DNA from: Escherichia phage fjerdesal | DNA: 64,000 bases | Strand: one strand, 5' to 3' | Sequence record: MN850605.1 | Part shown: positions 27,809 through 38,132 of the stretch, piece after piece | Layout: each line of letters begins with the position of its first letter | Position numbering within the stretch: position 1 is the first letter of the stretch | Notes under the pieces: model-generated | Database searches by the model: none | What the model saw: only the letters and a program-made list of their open reading frames with translations | What the model was told of the DNA's origin: nothing | Program-made: the position numbers and the translations under genes

Positions 27809-30043
27809 CTAAACACCACAACCCTCGCAATAAGCATCTTGCAGTGCAGATTTACCTACACCAATGCGACTGTTAAGGTAGTACATGGTTTTCATACCTA
27901 CCGAGTTGGCATAAATCATGTACTTCAAAGCTTGAGACAATGATACCTTCTTAGCTTTTGCGTAGTCAACATAGAAATCTGAAGAGATAGCTTGACCAGT
28001 GAACTTTTGAACAATTGCATAACAATCAATCATATCAAAGGTGTCAATATCCCAAGCAATTTCATAGACATACTTCAACTCTTCATAATCTGGAACAATA
28101 AACAGTACGTTACCAGTTGCAGACTTTTTAGTTAAAATAAAGTCACGAATTGGATACAAGCCATTTGTCGTATTAGTTGCTAGTGAAGAACTCTCATTAG
28201 GCATGTAAGCTTCTAATACAGAGTTTCGGATTCCACCATTTTCTTTGATACGTTGTGCTAAGTCATCCCAATCATATCGTAGTTTTGCATCATGCTTTTC
28301 ATCAATCTTCTTGTTAGCTGTCTTTGGAGGAACCCAGCCTTCAGGATACTTAGTGAACTTCATGTATTCTGGAACACCACGCTCTTTAGCAAGTCTCAGA
28401 GAGGCTTCATGCAGATAGTAAGAGTGCATTTCAGCAAGCGCATGAAGCTTCGTTTTACCTGCTCGTGAAGAGTAGTTCACGTAGTTCTTCGCAAGGTAAT
28501 GAGCCACATTTGTAAGGCCAATCCCAACAGAACGACGCTTCTGAACATGGTTACGCATCGACGGATACGGATAATCCATAAGGTCAATAACGGAGTCAAC
28601 CATTGCAAGAGCATAATAAGCAACGTCAGCGTATTCATCTTCTGAAATTCTCCCTGCAACCAAACTAGCTAGGAAGCAAAGAGCCACCTCACCATCCTCT
28701 TTCACAGCATCGTCTCTGTAAAGGTCTGTCTCTTTCTCAAAACCATACACTGGCAATACAATTTCCATACAAAGATTTGACATCTTCAATGGTTCTTTAA
28801 ATGGTGTATGTGTGTTTGCATTGTTAGTGAAGAATGGGTACACACGACCTGTAGCATAACGCTGTTGAATAAACAGCTTAGCAATTTCACGAGCCTTTAC
28901 CCGTCTGTGCTTAACACCTGAATGTACTGCATGACCAACTGCCATAGCAAACTCATCAGCAGATGCTGTGTAGAACATGTCATAGAGTTTTGGTGCATCT
29001 TTGTAAGAGAATAGCAACCAATCTGTATCATACTGAACGCACTGCCAGAAATAATCGTTTGTGCCGAATGAGTAGTCCATCTCGTTAATACGTTTAGAAG
29101 GAACCGTTGTAGGGTGCTTCAAACGCAGTAAATCTTCAATCTGCGGGTCTAGAGCAGTGTAGAAGTTATTAGCTGAACCACCACGACTCTTCTGTTTGTT
29201 TGCCTCTACAGATGAACGTACAAGCTTGTAATAAGGTAGCTTACCCATGTGCTCAATAGTATTTTGACGGATACCATCACCAATAGTGCGAGTCTCCATC
29301 AGCATACCAATACCAGCTTGCTTTGTAGTCATATCATAAGCAACCTTTGCAGCAATACCAAGAGATTCAGCAGTATCATTTGCCTTAATCAAACAGCATG
29401 ACGCATAACCCGATTTAGTTGCTCTTAAACCGTTTAAATAAGGCGTAGGAGCGTTAATCTTCAGGTCAGATAGGTAAGTGTACAGTTTGATAACATCTTG
29501 CAGTCTACGGTGCTTTGGTTGCTTCTCAAAGGCTTTCATAGCCATACCCATAAACATAAATTGTGGTGACTCAAACAGTCTTCCCGTTTTAATATCACGG
29601 ATGCCGTACTTGTCTCTGAACTGTTTCAAGACTGCATAACCGTAAGAGATATCTTTTGAGTGCACGATGTAACCTTGCAGGTATTCAAGCTCTTCCTGTG
29701 AATAATCCATCTTCTCCCAAAGTCCTGCTCTCTCCATATTTTTAACGAAGGTAATCAGCGTAGGAACCTTAGTAAAGCCTCCAAAGGCTTCTTTGTAGAT
29801 AATCCCTAGAAGTAGCCGCCCAGCCATATCTGAGTACTCTTGAGTTTGTTTGTCAACACAAACATCAATCATGGCTTGGTGCATCTCTTTTGTGGTACAA
29901 CCTTCATAGACACGTTTCATAGCTTCCATAGTGACTTCTGACCAGATAATTCCACGCTTATCTGCCCATGATGCCCATTTATTCAATCTTTCTGGGTCAA
30001 AGCTTACTACTGTACCGTTTGATTTTTTAATTGTCTTAATCAT
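27809..30043 (-). CDS. nrdA: ribonucleotide reductase class Ia alpha subunit
   Basis: 744 aa; RNR large-subunit-like blocks (NLCMEI, C-terminal CEGCGV); adjacent nrdB. Confidence 0.9.
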   Translation of the reverse strand: MIKTIKKSNGTVVSFDPERLNKWASWADKRGIIWSEVTMEAMKRVYEGCTTKEMHQAMIDVCVDKQTQEYSDMAGRLLLGIIYKEAFGGFTKVPTLITFVKNMERAGLWEKMDYSQEELEYLQGYIVHSKDISYGYAVLKQFRDKYGIRDIKTGRLFESPQFMFMGMAMKAFEKQPKHRRLQDVIKLYTYLSDLKINAPTPYLNGLRATKSGYASCCLIKANDTAESLGIAAKVAYDMTTKQAGIGMLMETRTIGDGIRQNTIEHMGKLPYYKLVRSSVEANKQKSRGGSANNFYTALDPQIEDLLRLKHPTTVPSKRINEMDYSFGTNDYFWQCVQYDTDWLLFSYKDAPKLYDMFYTASADEFAMAVGHAVHSGVKHRRVKAREIAKLFIQQRYATGRVYPFFTNNANTHTPFKEPLKMSNLCMEIVLPVYGFEKETDLYRDDAVKEDGEVALCFLASLVAGRISEDEYADVAYYALAMVDSVIDLMDYPYPSMRNHVQKRRSVGIGLTNVAHYLAKNYVNYSSRAGKTKLHALAEMHSYYLHEASLRLAKERGVPEYMKFTKYPEGWVPPKTANKKIDEKHDAKLRYDWDDLAQRIKENGGIRNSVLEAYMPNESSSLATNTTNGLYPIRDFILTKKSATGNVLFIVPDYEELKYVYEIAWDIDTFDMIDCYAIVQKFTGQAISSDFYVDYAKAKKVSLSQALKYMIYANSVGMKTMYYLNSRIGVGKSALQDAYCEGCGV

Positions 30044-30065
30044 TTTTGAATCCTACAGATGAAAA

Positions 30066-30083
30066 GAGCCTCCGAAGAGGCTC
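30066..30083 (-). terminator. hairpin GAGCCTC-CGAA-GAGGCTC
   Basis: seen in sequence. Confidence 0.5.
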
Positions 30084-30089
30084 CCTAGT

Positions 30090-30428
30090 TTAAATCTTGA
30101 AAATTTGCTCATTCTGCCACATATCGTAAAACTTATCACTTACTTTTGTGACTGAAGAAGTGTGCATACAGTTCAGGGAGAACCATGATGATGTATTATC
30201 ATCCATAATTGTTTCAAGTTTTTGTGTAACGTTCACATCCATGTCTGCAACAACGTAATTACCTCGCATCTTGCAAACAATTCTTCCAAACAAGATTGCA
30301 CTTCTCCCTCTTCGGTCATCACAGTACATAACTGTGTCTCCGTGCTTAACGTCTTGTCCGATGCTGTCAACACCTAACTTAGCACCTGAGATAATGTCAT
30401 CATAAGATAGCTTTTTTGCTTTAGACAC
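30090..30428 (-). CDS. hypothetical protein
   Basis: ORF. Confidence 0.4.
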   Translation of the reverse strand: MSKAKKLSYDDIISGAKLGVDSIGQDVKHGDTVMYCDDRRGRSAILFGRIVCKMRGNYVVADMDVNVTQKLETIMDDNTSSWFSLNCMHTSSVTKVSDKFYDMWQNEQIFKI

Positions 30429-30753
30429 GGTATTTCTCCAAGTTTCTTTTTAGATATAACCAACCGTAGTCAGTCCTTTCTACACCCATAAAGAGTGGAG
30501 CCATCACAACTTTACCGAAAGTATTCCTGTGTTGGCAGATTTCAAAGGAATACTCTTTCTCAATATCAATCCCGTATTTGTACAGGACTGCTTTTAAAAC
30601 TTGTTCATTGTCCAGAAGAGTATCTGGAGTCTCACCATACTTTTCTAGTAACGGGTCATTCATAAACACCGTCATAGAAATATTGTAGTTTGAGAAGTGG
30701 CTCTTCTGAGCCACACCCTCTTTATTAATGTTCTGTGAATCCATTATAACCAA
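30421..30753 (-). CDS. hypothetical protein
   Basis: ORF. Confidence 0.4.
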   Translation of the reverse strand: MVIMDSQNINKEGVAQKSHFSNYNISMTVFMNDPLLEKYGETPDTLLDNEQVLKAVLYKYGIDIEKEYSFEICQHRNTFGKVVMAPLFMGVERTDYGWLYLKRNLEKYRV

Positions 30754-31480
30754 CCCCTTTTAACCAACACTTCAGGTTATTAGCATCATAATTCAGTTTC
30801 GGGTATGAGGTTACATGGAGCTGCTCACCATCATAGTAGATAATATCTGCAATCCATAGTCCATTCTCTTTACAGAAGTCTTTATCTGCTTTAGAGGTAA
30901 TTGGATTAACTTCTACAAAACCATCTACACCCAAATCCTTTAAGCTATCTACAATACCTTTGCAGATAACGCATGTCTCAGATACTACCACAAAAAGTTC
31001 TTGGCTTTCAAGTTCTACAATGTATTCACCAAGCTGTACTTTAGGGAGATTTGATTGCTTTATAATCTTCCCATCGGCTGCACGGACAATCGCATACCAC
31101 TCTTTACCATCAACTACTGACATTCTGATAACACACTCTTGACCAGTACGCTTTTCAATGTCTGCAAGACGTTTTAAAGCTTCTTCATAGTCATCTGTGT
31201 ACTTCAGGTCATTATTATGGCAAACAGCTTCCATAGCACCGTTATGGTCATGTTGTGACAGGTAAATCAAACCGTCAAGAACATATTGTAAATCTGCCTG
31301 AGCATCCAGTGTCTCAATGGGGTCTTTCTCTTCAATTGCTTTTACAAGCTCTTTTGCTTCTTCAAGCATACACAGAGATTGAGATTTTAAAGATTCCCAA
31401 TACTCATCACTGTAAGGTTGCTTTTGAGTGTTTCCACAACGAAGGTTCCAGTTTTTTACTGATTCTCTTGAGTTAAACAT
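30725..31480 (-). CDS. hypothetical protein (N-terminal region weakly MazG-like)
   Basis: LEEAKELVKAIEE...DAQADLQYVLDGL is only suggestive. Confidence 0.35.
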   Translation of the reverse strand: MFNSRESVKNWNLRCGNTQKQPYSDEYWESLKSQSLCMLEEAKELVKAIEEKDPIETLDAQADLQYVLDGLIYLSQHDHNGAMEAVCHNNDLKYTDDYEEALKRLADIEKRTGQECVIRMSVVDGKEWYAIVRAADGKIIKQSNLPKVQLGEYIVELESQELFVVVSETCVICKGIVDSLKDLGVDGFVEVNPITSKADKDFCKENGLWIADIIYYDGEQLHVTSYPKLNYDANNLKCWLKGVGYNGFTEH

Positions 31481-31719
31481 TCGGACTCCTTAAAATATTT
31501 GTTAACCTTTAGCTCTCGTGTTTCAATATACTCTAGATGCTCACGTAGCTCTTGACGTTTAAGCATTAGGTGCTGCATTTGAGATTCAACAGCTTCAACT
31601 TCTTTAATTATTGACTCTCTAGCATTTGCAAGAACGCGCTCAAGTTCTTCAATCTTGCTGTCAACTTTTGCTACATGACTCACAGCTTTACTTTTGTTAA
31701 ACATTTTATTCTCTCTCAA
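31456..31719 (-). CDS. hypothetical coiled-coil protein
   Basis: ORF. Confidence 0.35.
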   Translation of the reverse strand: MRENKMFNKSKAVSHVAKVDSKIEELERVLANARESIIKEVEAVESQMQHLMLKRQELREHLEYIETRELKVNKYFKESECLTQENQ

Positions 31720-31725
31720 TAGTTA

Positions 31726-32226
31726 TCAAGCACAATTTGCTTTCATGACCTTATGGATTCTTTTTTCAGCATCTTCATAAGTTTCTTTAGTAATAAACTT
31801 AATTGCTGCAATATTGGCATTGTAGAAGAGTCTGAGCTTCGAGTCAATCCTTTTTGTCATTACATCGAATTTATGTTGAAGGTTTGCTTCACCATAGACT
31901 AGGCCACCTTTTGTGTAGTAGGTCTGAATAATGTAAAAGTCAAAAAATTCTTTTCCAAAGCTTTCAATATCTTTTTTAATATACTCAGAAGAAGTCTCAT
32001 AAGTCATCCAATCACTTTCCTTAGTGACTACCTTCTTCCGAGTCTTGCCAGCAACTTTTCTTTTGGTCACACTGTTAAGCTGTTTCTTACCCAAATAGTA
32101 CTGTCCAGTCTTTTTGCAGTACACTAGGTAGACAAAACCAAAGTGCTTTGCTGGGTCAACTTCACCACATAGTGAAACCCAATGTCCATATTCAGGACAA
32201 TTGCCAAAACCTTTTATTTTTCTCAT
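31726..32226 (-). CDS. GIY-YIG-like nuclease (putative homing endonuclease)
   Basis: FGFVYLVY...(10 aa)...YYLGKK fits the GIY-(10-11)-YIG spacing. Confidence 0.45.
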   Translation of the reverse strand: MRKIKGFGNCPEYGHWVSLCGEVDPAKHFGFVYLVYCKKTGQYYLGKKQLNSVTKRKVAGKTRKKVVTKESDWMTYETSSEYIKKDIESFGKEFFDFYIIQTYYTKGGLVYGEANLQHKFDVMTKRIDSKLRLFYNANIAAIKFITKETYEDAEKRIHKVMKANCA

Positions 32227-32747
32227 TCATAAGCTTCTCCGTGATTTGTAAACTCTTTATGGAGTTCTTCTCTTTTCTTTTTGACAACTAATTCAGCCTC
32301 AGCGATAGAGTCAAATAAACCTAGATGATAGCAAACTTTATTATGCTTGACTTGTGCAGCCCATCTACCTCTTTGCTTATGGTAATATACACCCTTCACA
32401 CCAGATTTATTATCTCTTCTTTTGGCTGCATTACAGTTATTATCTGACCTGCTACACTCTCTCAAATTGTCGAACCAGTTGTCGTGCCTGATACCATTCT
32501 TATGGTCAACAAATTTTGGTAGGTATCCTTTCATATACAAGAATGCCAGTCTGTGTGCTGCATATCTTTTCCCGAAGAGTTTTATGTAGATATAACCACT
32601 ATGATGTTTAAGACCCGCTACTGAGCCAGCTTTGGCCTTACCTTTTCTATTAACTAACCAAGTAAAGACCCCTGTTTCGGGGTCATAGTGCAGGTATTCT
32701 TTAAGAGTTTGTTGGGTTAACATTTGGTGTCCATCCATACTTATCAA
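32223..32747 (-). CDS. HNH homing endonuclease with AP2-type DNA-binding domain
   Basis: HNH block YAAHRLAFLYMKGYLP...VDHKNGIRHDNWFDNLRECS...N; AP2-like SGVKGVYYHKQRGRWAAQV. Confidence 0.65.
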   Translation of the reverse strand: MISMDGHQMLTQQTLKEYLHYDPETGVFTWLVNRKGKAKAGSVAGLKHHSGYIYIKLFGKRYAAHRLAFLYMKGYLPKFVDHKNGIRHDNWFDNLRECSRSDNNCNAAKRRDNKSGVKGVYYHKQRGRWAAQVKHNKVCYHLGLFDSIAEAELVVKKKREELHKEFTNHGEAYE

Positions 32748-33747
32748 AAGTGAAATCGTCTTTCTTATTTCTTTCCTGATAAGCTAAGAAAAAGTGTTGC
32801 TGCATTAACTCTAAAGGTGTTCTGGTAATTGTTTGACCATCCCACGAGACATAAGTGTATGACTCTTTCTTAGCATAAAGCTCATAAATTGCATCAAGAC
32901 ACTCTTTGTAAGTGGTTTTACCTTCAAGGGCTTTCATTATAGTAACCTTACCAACACCCTTTAAACCGAAATAATTATCCGCATTATCACCAGCCACGGC
33001 TTGATAGCAAAGAAATTTAAAACCTACCCCAACTGTCTTCTTAGCTTTGGGTGTCGATTTTATTGGGCAATCCCAAATTTCACCAACGTTGTTATCAGCA
33101 ATGAAAATCAAAGGTGACTTTTCATAGGTCATATCAATGCAGTAAGTCCCTTCAGCTTGGCGAAGGTCTTTATCAATACTCATCAAGGCAGCCTTTTTAC
33201 CCATCTTTTCAGCTTTAGCAATAACGATAGAGTCAGCTTCGAATCCATCAAGAATTAGCTTGAACTCTGGCCTTGACAGAAGATACTCGCGACAAGCAAC
33301 TAAGTGTGTTGGTGTGACAGCATCTTTACGGTTACCTTGATATTGGTGCTCAAGACCTTTAATGTCTTTATGTTTATGCACACCTTTCTCTGTTAAATAA
33401 CCTACCCAAGTTCTTTCTTTACCAACAACCTTAAGCCATTCCTGAAGCACCTGTTGAGTAGCCATGATAGCTTCTTTTTCACTCTTAGCTTCTTTCCAAG
33501 TCTGTCTTTCCCATTCATCTTCATCAAATGTCAGGCCAAGCTCTTCCACAAGGATTCTCTGGTCTGCTAACCATCTTGCAGCATCTTTCGCATTATCAAA
33601 CGAATCAGATTCTTCTGCTGTGAGTTTATTGACATATTTATATTTTGCTTTCTCAACTACACAAGCACCTTTATAGGCAATACTGTCAGAGTCAATAAAA
33701 ACATGTGTAACTGAATCGGGAAGTTTTGTTAATGTGTACTTCTCCAT
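32701..33747 (-). CDS. rnh: 5'-3' exonuclease / flap endonuclease (RNase H-like)
   Basis: H3TH-type motif AVAGDNADNYFGLKGVGKVT; acidic clusters VFIDSDS and ILDGFEADS. Confidence 0.65.
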   Translation of the reverse strand: MEKYTLTKLPDSVTHVFIDSDSIAYKGACVVEKAKYKYVNKLTAEESDSFDNAKDAARWLADQRILVEELGLTFDEDEWERQTWKEAKSEKEAIMATQQVLQEWLKVVGKERTWVGYLTEKGVHKHKDIKGLEHQYQGNRKDAVTPTHLVACREYLLSRPEFKLILDGFEADSIVIAKAEKMGKKAALMSIDKDLRQAEGTYCIDMTYEKSPLIFIADNNVGEIWDCPIKSTPKAKKTVGVGFKFLCYQAVAGDNADNYFGLKGVGKVTIMKALEGKTTYKECLDAIYELYAKKESYTYVSWDGQTITRTPLELMQQHFFLAYQERNKKDDFTFDKYGWTPNVNPTNS

Positions 33748-33767
33748 TATGGCTCTCCATATGAAAA

Positions 33768-33792
33768 AGCCCCATACTAAGTACAGGGCTTT
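33768..33792 (-). terminator. hairpin AAGCCC-(13 nt)-GGGCTT with T-run on the minus strand
   Basis: seen in sequence. Confidence 0.4.
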
Positions 33793-33809
33793 AAAGTAAC
33801 TTTTAGAGA

Positions 33810-34667
33810 TTAGTCTTCTGTGTCGAAGTCTTCATCTTCTTCGTCATCTGGGTCTGGCAAATCTTCATCATCACCATCATCAGAAGTATTCGAAGATTTA
33901 TGGTCTGTTGCGTCTTCTTCAGTGATTTCACCGTTATCTTCAACACCATCAAGACCAAGCATAGCCAGTTCATCTTCATCCAGTTCAGGTTCACCATTAG
34001 CACCGTTACCACCAGTGTAAGGTACAAGGGTATCAATGATAAACTGTTCCTGAATAGGTTTTGTCAGAACATTGTTCTCAAAAGTGTAGAAGTGAGTAGA
34101 AAGAATCACACTACCAAAAGAACCGTTACCAACTGCGATATCTGGATGAATTACATCATAGTTCTTGTCATCTTCATGTTTATCAGATGCTTGAGCTTTG
34201 ATTTTCTTCATCGGCTGCTTAACAGCTACACGCTTACCATTTACTTCTTCAATCAGCATTACAGGGAATGACTGTTTAGCTGTCCATACAGCACCATCTT
34301 TATAAGCTGCTGCACGACTTACTTTCAAGATGTAGTAGGTGTCTGCTTCAAAAGGTGGTTTACAACCAAACTTCTCTTCGAAGTCATCTGCATCAACTGC
34401 TTCAGTAGTAACTTTGTCCCAGCCTTCTGGGTTTTTCTTAGACTTAGTAAACTCTTTAAACAGCTTGTTACCATCTTCTGCCAGAATTGACACACTGTAG
34501 TTACAGTCTTTGCCTGGGAATTTCTTATCAATAGACTTACCTTTCCCCGGACGTGGTGAAGTATTCAGGTAATAAAACCAGACATCTTTCAGCAGGTAAC
34601 GCAGAGTTTGACGTTCAGTACCGTTGTATTTCTCTACCGGAGCTTTCATTTTAACAACTTTAGACAT
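33810..34667 (-). CDS. putative single-stranded DNA-binding protein
   Basis: strongly acidic C-terminal tail (DDGDDEDLPDPDDEEDEDFDTED) and position in the replication module. Confidence 0.45.
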   Translation of the reverse strand: MSKVVKMKAPVEKYNGTERQTLRYLLKDVWFYYLNTSPRPGKGKSIDKKFPGKDCNYSVSILAEDGNKLFKEFTKSKKNPEGWDKVTTEAVDADDFEEKFGCKPPFEADTYYILKVSRAAAYKDGAVWTAKQSFPVMLIEEVNGKRVAVKQPMKKIKAQASDKHEDDKNYDVIHPDIAVGNGSFGSVILSTHFYTFENNVLTKPIQEQFIIDTLVPYTGGNGANGEPELDEDELAMLGLDGVEDNGEITEEDATDHKSSNTSDDGDDEDLPDPDDEEDEDFDTED

Positions 34668-34739
34668 TATTTAAACCTCTATCTCAATTTATGAAGAGTA
34701 CCAATTCTAATTTGTTGATACTCTATTGTCAAATACTAA

Positions 34740-34889
34740 TTACTGGAAGTTGTGCTTATCTTTAGAAGCTGCTTTACGTGCAGTTTTTCCAGTTCTTACA
34801 CGTTTCTCTTCATAGTATTTTGCTGGTTTTCCAGCAGTGGCTTTTAAGGAATCCCCAAAAACTTTTTCAAATGCTTTAGAGTGTTTCAT
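34740..34889 (-). CDS. small basic protein (49 aa, below the ORF-track cutoff)
   Basis: ATG preceded by GGAGAA; translated by hand. Confidence 0.25.
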   Translation of the reverse strand: MKHSKAFEKVFGDSLKATAGKPAKYYEEKRVRTGKTARKAASKDKHNFQ

Positions 34890-35140
34890 GATATTCTCCG
34901 ATATACTTGATATTCAAACACATTTTCTTTAATTATAAACAGCCAGCTAATATTATGCTGAGGCAGCGCAATGATGACTGTAATCATGCTCTGGTGGAAA
35001 TCTTGTTTTATCTCAACTTCCCCATCGCATTTCATGTGGAGCATTCTATAGAACCTATCAATCTTTGTCAAACACTCTTCCTGAAATTTATTTAAACTTT
35101 TTCTTCAAAGAAGGGTGTGAACCCCTCTCTTTTATAACTA

Positions 35141-37132
35141 TCACTCAGTTTCAAACGGGCAGTCATCTGCATCCTCACTTAATACAGGTGGAATCGTTGA
35201 GCTTTGACGTTGTTCTTCAGTATAGACTTCACCAGTCTCACGGTCAAACACTTCATCCTCATAATGAGGCAAAGAGTCATCATAATGGTCTTCAGCTTCA
35301 CCAATACCAAACTGTTGACGAATATTTTCTGCTGCGCCATCAATGTCAACACCACATCCAGAAGCTTTAATAAGACGTCCTGTATCTGGATTATACCAAG
35401 TATGGCCAGCAATACCTGTTGACTTACCATGACGACGACACTTAGTTAACTTGATTTTTGTCAAGTTTTTCTTAACTGGGTCTGGGTCAACCTTGTTACG
35501 CATTAACAGAATGTTATTCATAGAAATCTGAAAATACGCACCAGAACCTTTGATATCCTCTTCAGAGATATCTCCACCTTCAGAGTTAGCTTTCTGACCA
35601 CCTGCACTCTTACGAACGTGACATACGTTTACCTGCGCATACTGGTAGCGTTTGCAACGACGCAATAGCTCAGACAAAACTTCTTCTTCATCCGTATCAG
35701 AACGTGACAGGGCTAACGTGATAGGGTCAAGAATGATAATCTTACAGTCTAAACTGTTAACAAGATAGTCAACAAACTCTAGCAGGTTATCTTGGTCAAT
35801 TGCCCCTTGATGGTCAACGATATGGATACGACGGCCTTTAGATAGTTCTGCGTGTGCTCCTTTTAATTCATCCCAATCCCGTTCATCATAAGGAATCTCA
35901 GAAATCTGCTTGCTCAGGTGGATTGCACAGAGCATCTCCATCAACTCTTCATAGGTATCTTCTACAGGAATTACACCGATATTATAATCAGTTTCTTTCC
36001 AAGCTGAGTAAATCATCTCACGAGTGTAAGCTGACTTACCTACTGAAGATGGTGCTGCAATAGTTGTAATCTCACCTAGACCATAACCACCATAAGTCAG
36101 CCTGTTCAAATCTCCGAAAGATTCTGGGAAAGGAATCAATGGAATCTGACCACGATTCTTCATTGCCTCAAAACCATCTGCAAAGTTCTTGATACCAGCA
36201 GGACAGTAACGAGGTGCATTGTAGATACGCTGCTTAAATCCTTCCAGAACTGTATCTTTCTCTTTATAGAACTTTGTCCACCACTCGTTAAGGTCTTTTA
36301 CGCCTTCTGGATACTGGAATAAGCGAACCTTCTCAATAGGTAGGATACCAGCAGCCTCTTTGGTAGCTTTAGCACCTGCTTCATCGTTATCAAAGCACAA
36401 GTAAATCTCATCAAATGATGTGATGTACTGATAGTTGTCTTTGATAGACTTAATGTTTGCACCTGATGGAACAGATACGTGACAGTAATTCTTACGACGA
36501 GACTTGTCCTTAATCGCAAGAGAAGTCATATAGATTGCTGTCGCACATTCCATCTCACCTTCCCAGATGAATAGACGGTTACCACCTTCTGGAGCAATCC
36601 ATGAACCGAACATTGCTAGTTCACCTTTAATGTCTCCAACACCACCAGAAAAGTCTTTTAGCTTACCACGTAGGTGCTCTTTTGGATGGTCTTCTGGGTA
36701 ACGGTGACGAACACGGTAGCCAACATGTTCTAGCTTACCATCTTCATTACGTTTGTAAGTTGGATAGAAGTGCGCATCAATTTCACCGTCACTGTCAATG
36801 TCAACCTTGATACCTAAGCGTTCAAGGACTTTTGCAGGAATCTTCCTATCCTTTAAGTCCATTGCTTCAAGGTTTTCTTTCACATCGTCTAAATCCATTC
36901 CACGGAAAGTACGGTTTTTATTGTCTGAACCAGTAGAATAAGTGCTCACGATTTGTCCTTTATCAAAATCCCACTCTGGGAAACCTTTGTTACAACTAAA
37001 GCAAGTCATTGAATAAGAATCATCGTCATGATGATAGATTGAACCAGCATCTGATGAACCACAACGTGGACATGCGCAATGACCAACAAACTGACCAGCC
37101 TCTTTCAATTTACGACCTTTAGACATTAGCAC
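35141..37132 (-). CDS. bifunctional DNA primase/helicase (T7 gp4-like)
   Basis: N-terminal Zn ribbon CACPRCG...CFSCNKGF; Walker A APSSVGKS in a DnaB-like C-terminal domain. Confidence 0.85.
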   Translation of the reverse strand: MLMSKGRKLKEAGQFVGHCACPRCGSSDAGSIYHHDDDSYSMTCFSCNKGFPEWDFDKGQIVSTYSTGSDNKNRTFRGMDLDDVKENLEAMDLKDRKIPAKVLERLGIKVDIDSDGEIDAHFYPTYKRNEDGKLEHVGYRVRHRYPEDHPKEHLRGKLKDFSGGVGDIKGELAMFGSWIAPEGGNRLFIWEGEMECATAIYMTSLAIKDKSRRKNYCHVSVPSGANIKSIKDNYQYITSFDEIYLCFDNDEAGAKATKEAAGILPIEKVRLFQYPEGVKDLNEWWTKFYKEKDTVLEGFKQRIYNAPRYCPAGIKNFADGFEAMKNRGQIPLIPFPESFGDLNRLTYGGYGLGEITTIAAPSSVGKSAYTREMIYSAWKETDYNIGVIPVEDTYEELMEMLCAIHLSKQISEIPYDERDWDELKGAHAELSKGRRIHIVDHQGAIDQDNLLEFVDYLVNSLDCKIIILDPITLALSRSDTDEEEVLSELLRRCKRYQYAQVNVCHVRKSAGGQKANSEGGDISEEDIKGSGAYFQISMNNILLMRNKVDPDPVKKNLTKIKLTKCRRHGKSTGIAGHTWYNPDTGRLIKASGCGVDIDGAAENIRQQFGIGEAEDHYDDSLPHYEDEVFDRETGEVYTEEQRQSSTIPPVLSEDADDCPFETE

Positions 37133-37319
37133 CTCTTCGTTGTAGTTCTGCCTTCAATCCATTTTCAATCTTGTCCAGTTCATGAATTTCATCTGCAATC
37201 TCTTTCCTTCGTGATTCAACTCTCTTAAGACGTTCAATCATTACCTCATTGGAAAGAGATGAGAGTTCCACTAAACGGTGGTCAATAACTTTAAAATTGT
37301 CTTTTACTCTCATCTTCAT
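37119..37319 (-). CDS. hypothetical coiled-coil protein
   Basis: ORF. Confidence 0.35.
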   Translation of the reverse strand: MKMRVKDNFKVIDHRLVELSSLSNEVMIERLKRVESRRKEIADEIHELDKIENGLKAELQRRGANV

Positions 37320-37327
37320 TCTCTCTT

Positions 37328-38071
37328 TTAAACTTTAATGATGGCTCTTAGCTTGTTCTCAAGGTCTGCAAGAGTACCATTATTATGAATAATGTCACGC
37401 TCATATTTTGTAGAAATCCCATTTTCTGAAACATGTGATGAAACTTTGTCCACATTGTCTCTTTTTACTTCAATAGTTTGGTGTGCAAATCTACTCAGCC
37501 ATTCAGCTTCAGAGTCAAATCTTAAATCACTGATTAAGACAAAACCATATTGGTTTCTAAGTGAGCACATTTCATGGAATCTAACCATTCTTTTTTCAAG
37601 GTCTTTAGACCAGAACTTGTCGCCCATTACTTTACGGACAACTTCAGTACCCCAAATCTGTTGAATTTGTCTTGATGAGAATTTATACTTTTTACTAAAC
37701 CCCAGACGTGTCAATAGAGTCGGTTTAGCAACCTTCTTAAGCTCCATGATTAATCGTCCGGTTAACTCTGACATAAGCTTGAAGTCCATATGGTAACGTT
37801 CATCTCTGAAGGTGAACTCCATAGCTTCCGTAACTTTAAACATCAGTTCAGAGTATGATAAGTCAAAAACCTGTGGAGTCTCTTTAGTTTCACCGTACAG
37901 GTCATTCCAAGTCAAGTCAAATATCTTTGATGCAGATAGTTTAAGGTTGTCTGCAAAGGCCATTACAGCAACATTGTAGCCATACTCATCCTCTAAGATG
38001 TTCTTCACAATAGAACATGAGGTGTCTTTTCCAGAACGTGCCTTTCCAGTAAATGCGATAATATTACTCAT
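37328..38071 (-). CDS. deoxynucleoside monophosphate kinase
   Basis: N-terminus IIAFTGKARSGKDT and C-terminal NNGTLADLENKL parallel T4 gp1 (FLSGVKRSGKDT ... NDGSLEEL). Confidence 0.7.
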   Translation of the reverse strand: MSNIIAFTGKARSGKDTSCSIVKNILEDEYGYNVAVMAFADNLKLSASKIFDLTWNDLYGETKETPQVFDLSYSELMFKVTEAMEFTFRDERYHMDFKLMSELTGRLIMELKKVAKPTLLTRLGFSKKYKFSSRQIQQIWGTEVVRKVMGDKFWSKDLEKRMVRFHEMCSLRNQYGFVLISDLRFDSEAEWLSRFAHQTIEVKRDNVDKVSSHVSENGISTKYERDIIHNNGTLADLENKLRAIIKV

Positions 38072-38132
38072 TTTATCTCCCTTAATTACTAAAAAGCCCC
38101 CAACTAAGGAGGCTTGTAAGATTTATAAAGAC

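Noticed and set aside
33803-34271. ORFs with serine-rich or low-complexity translations overlapping the SSB gene
   Set aside because: They arise from the acidic C-terminal repeat region read in other frames or on the other strand.
35179-35430. Overlapping ORFs at the 3' end of the primase-helicase gene
   Set aside because: Contained within a gene with strong motif support; no independent signals.
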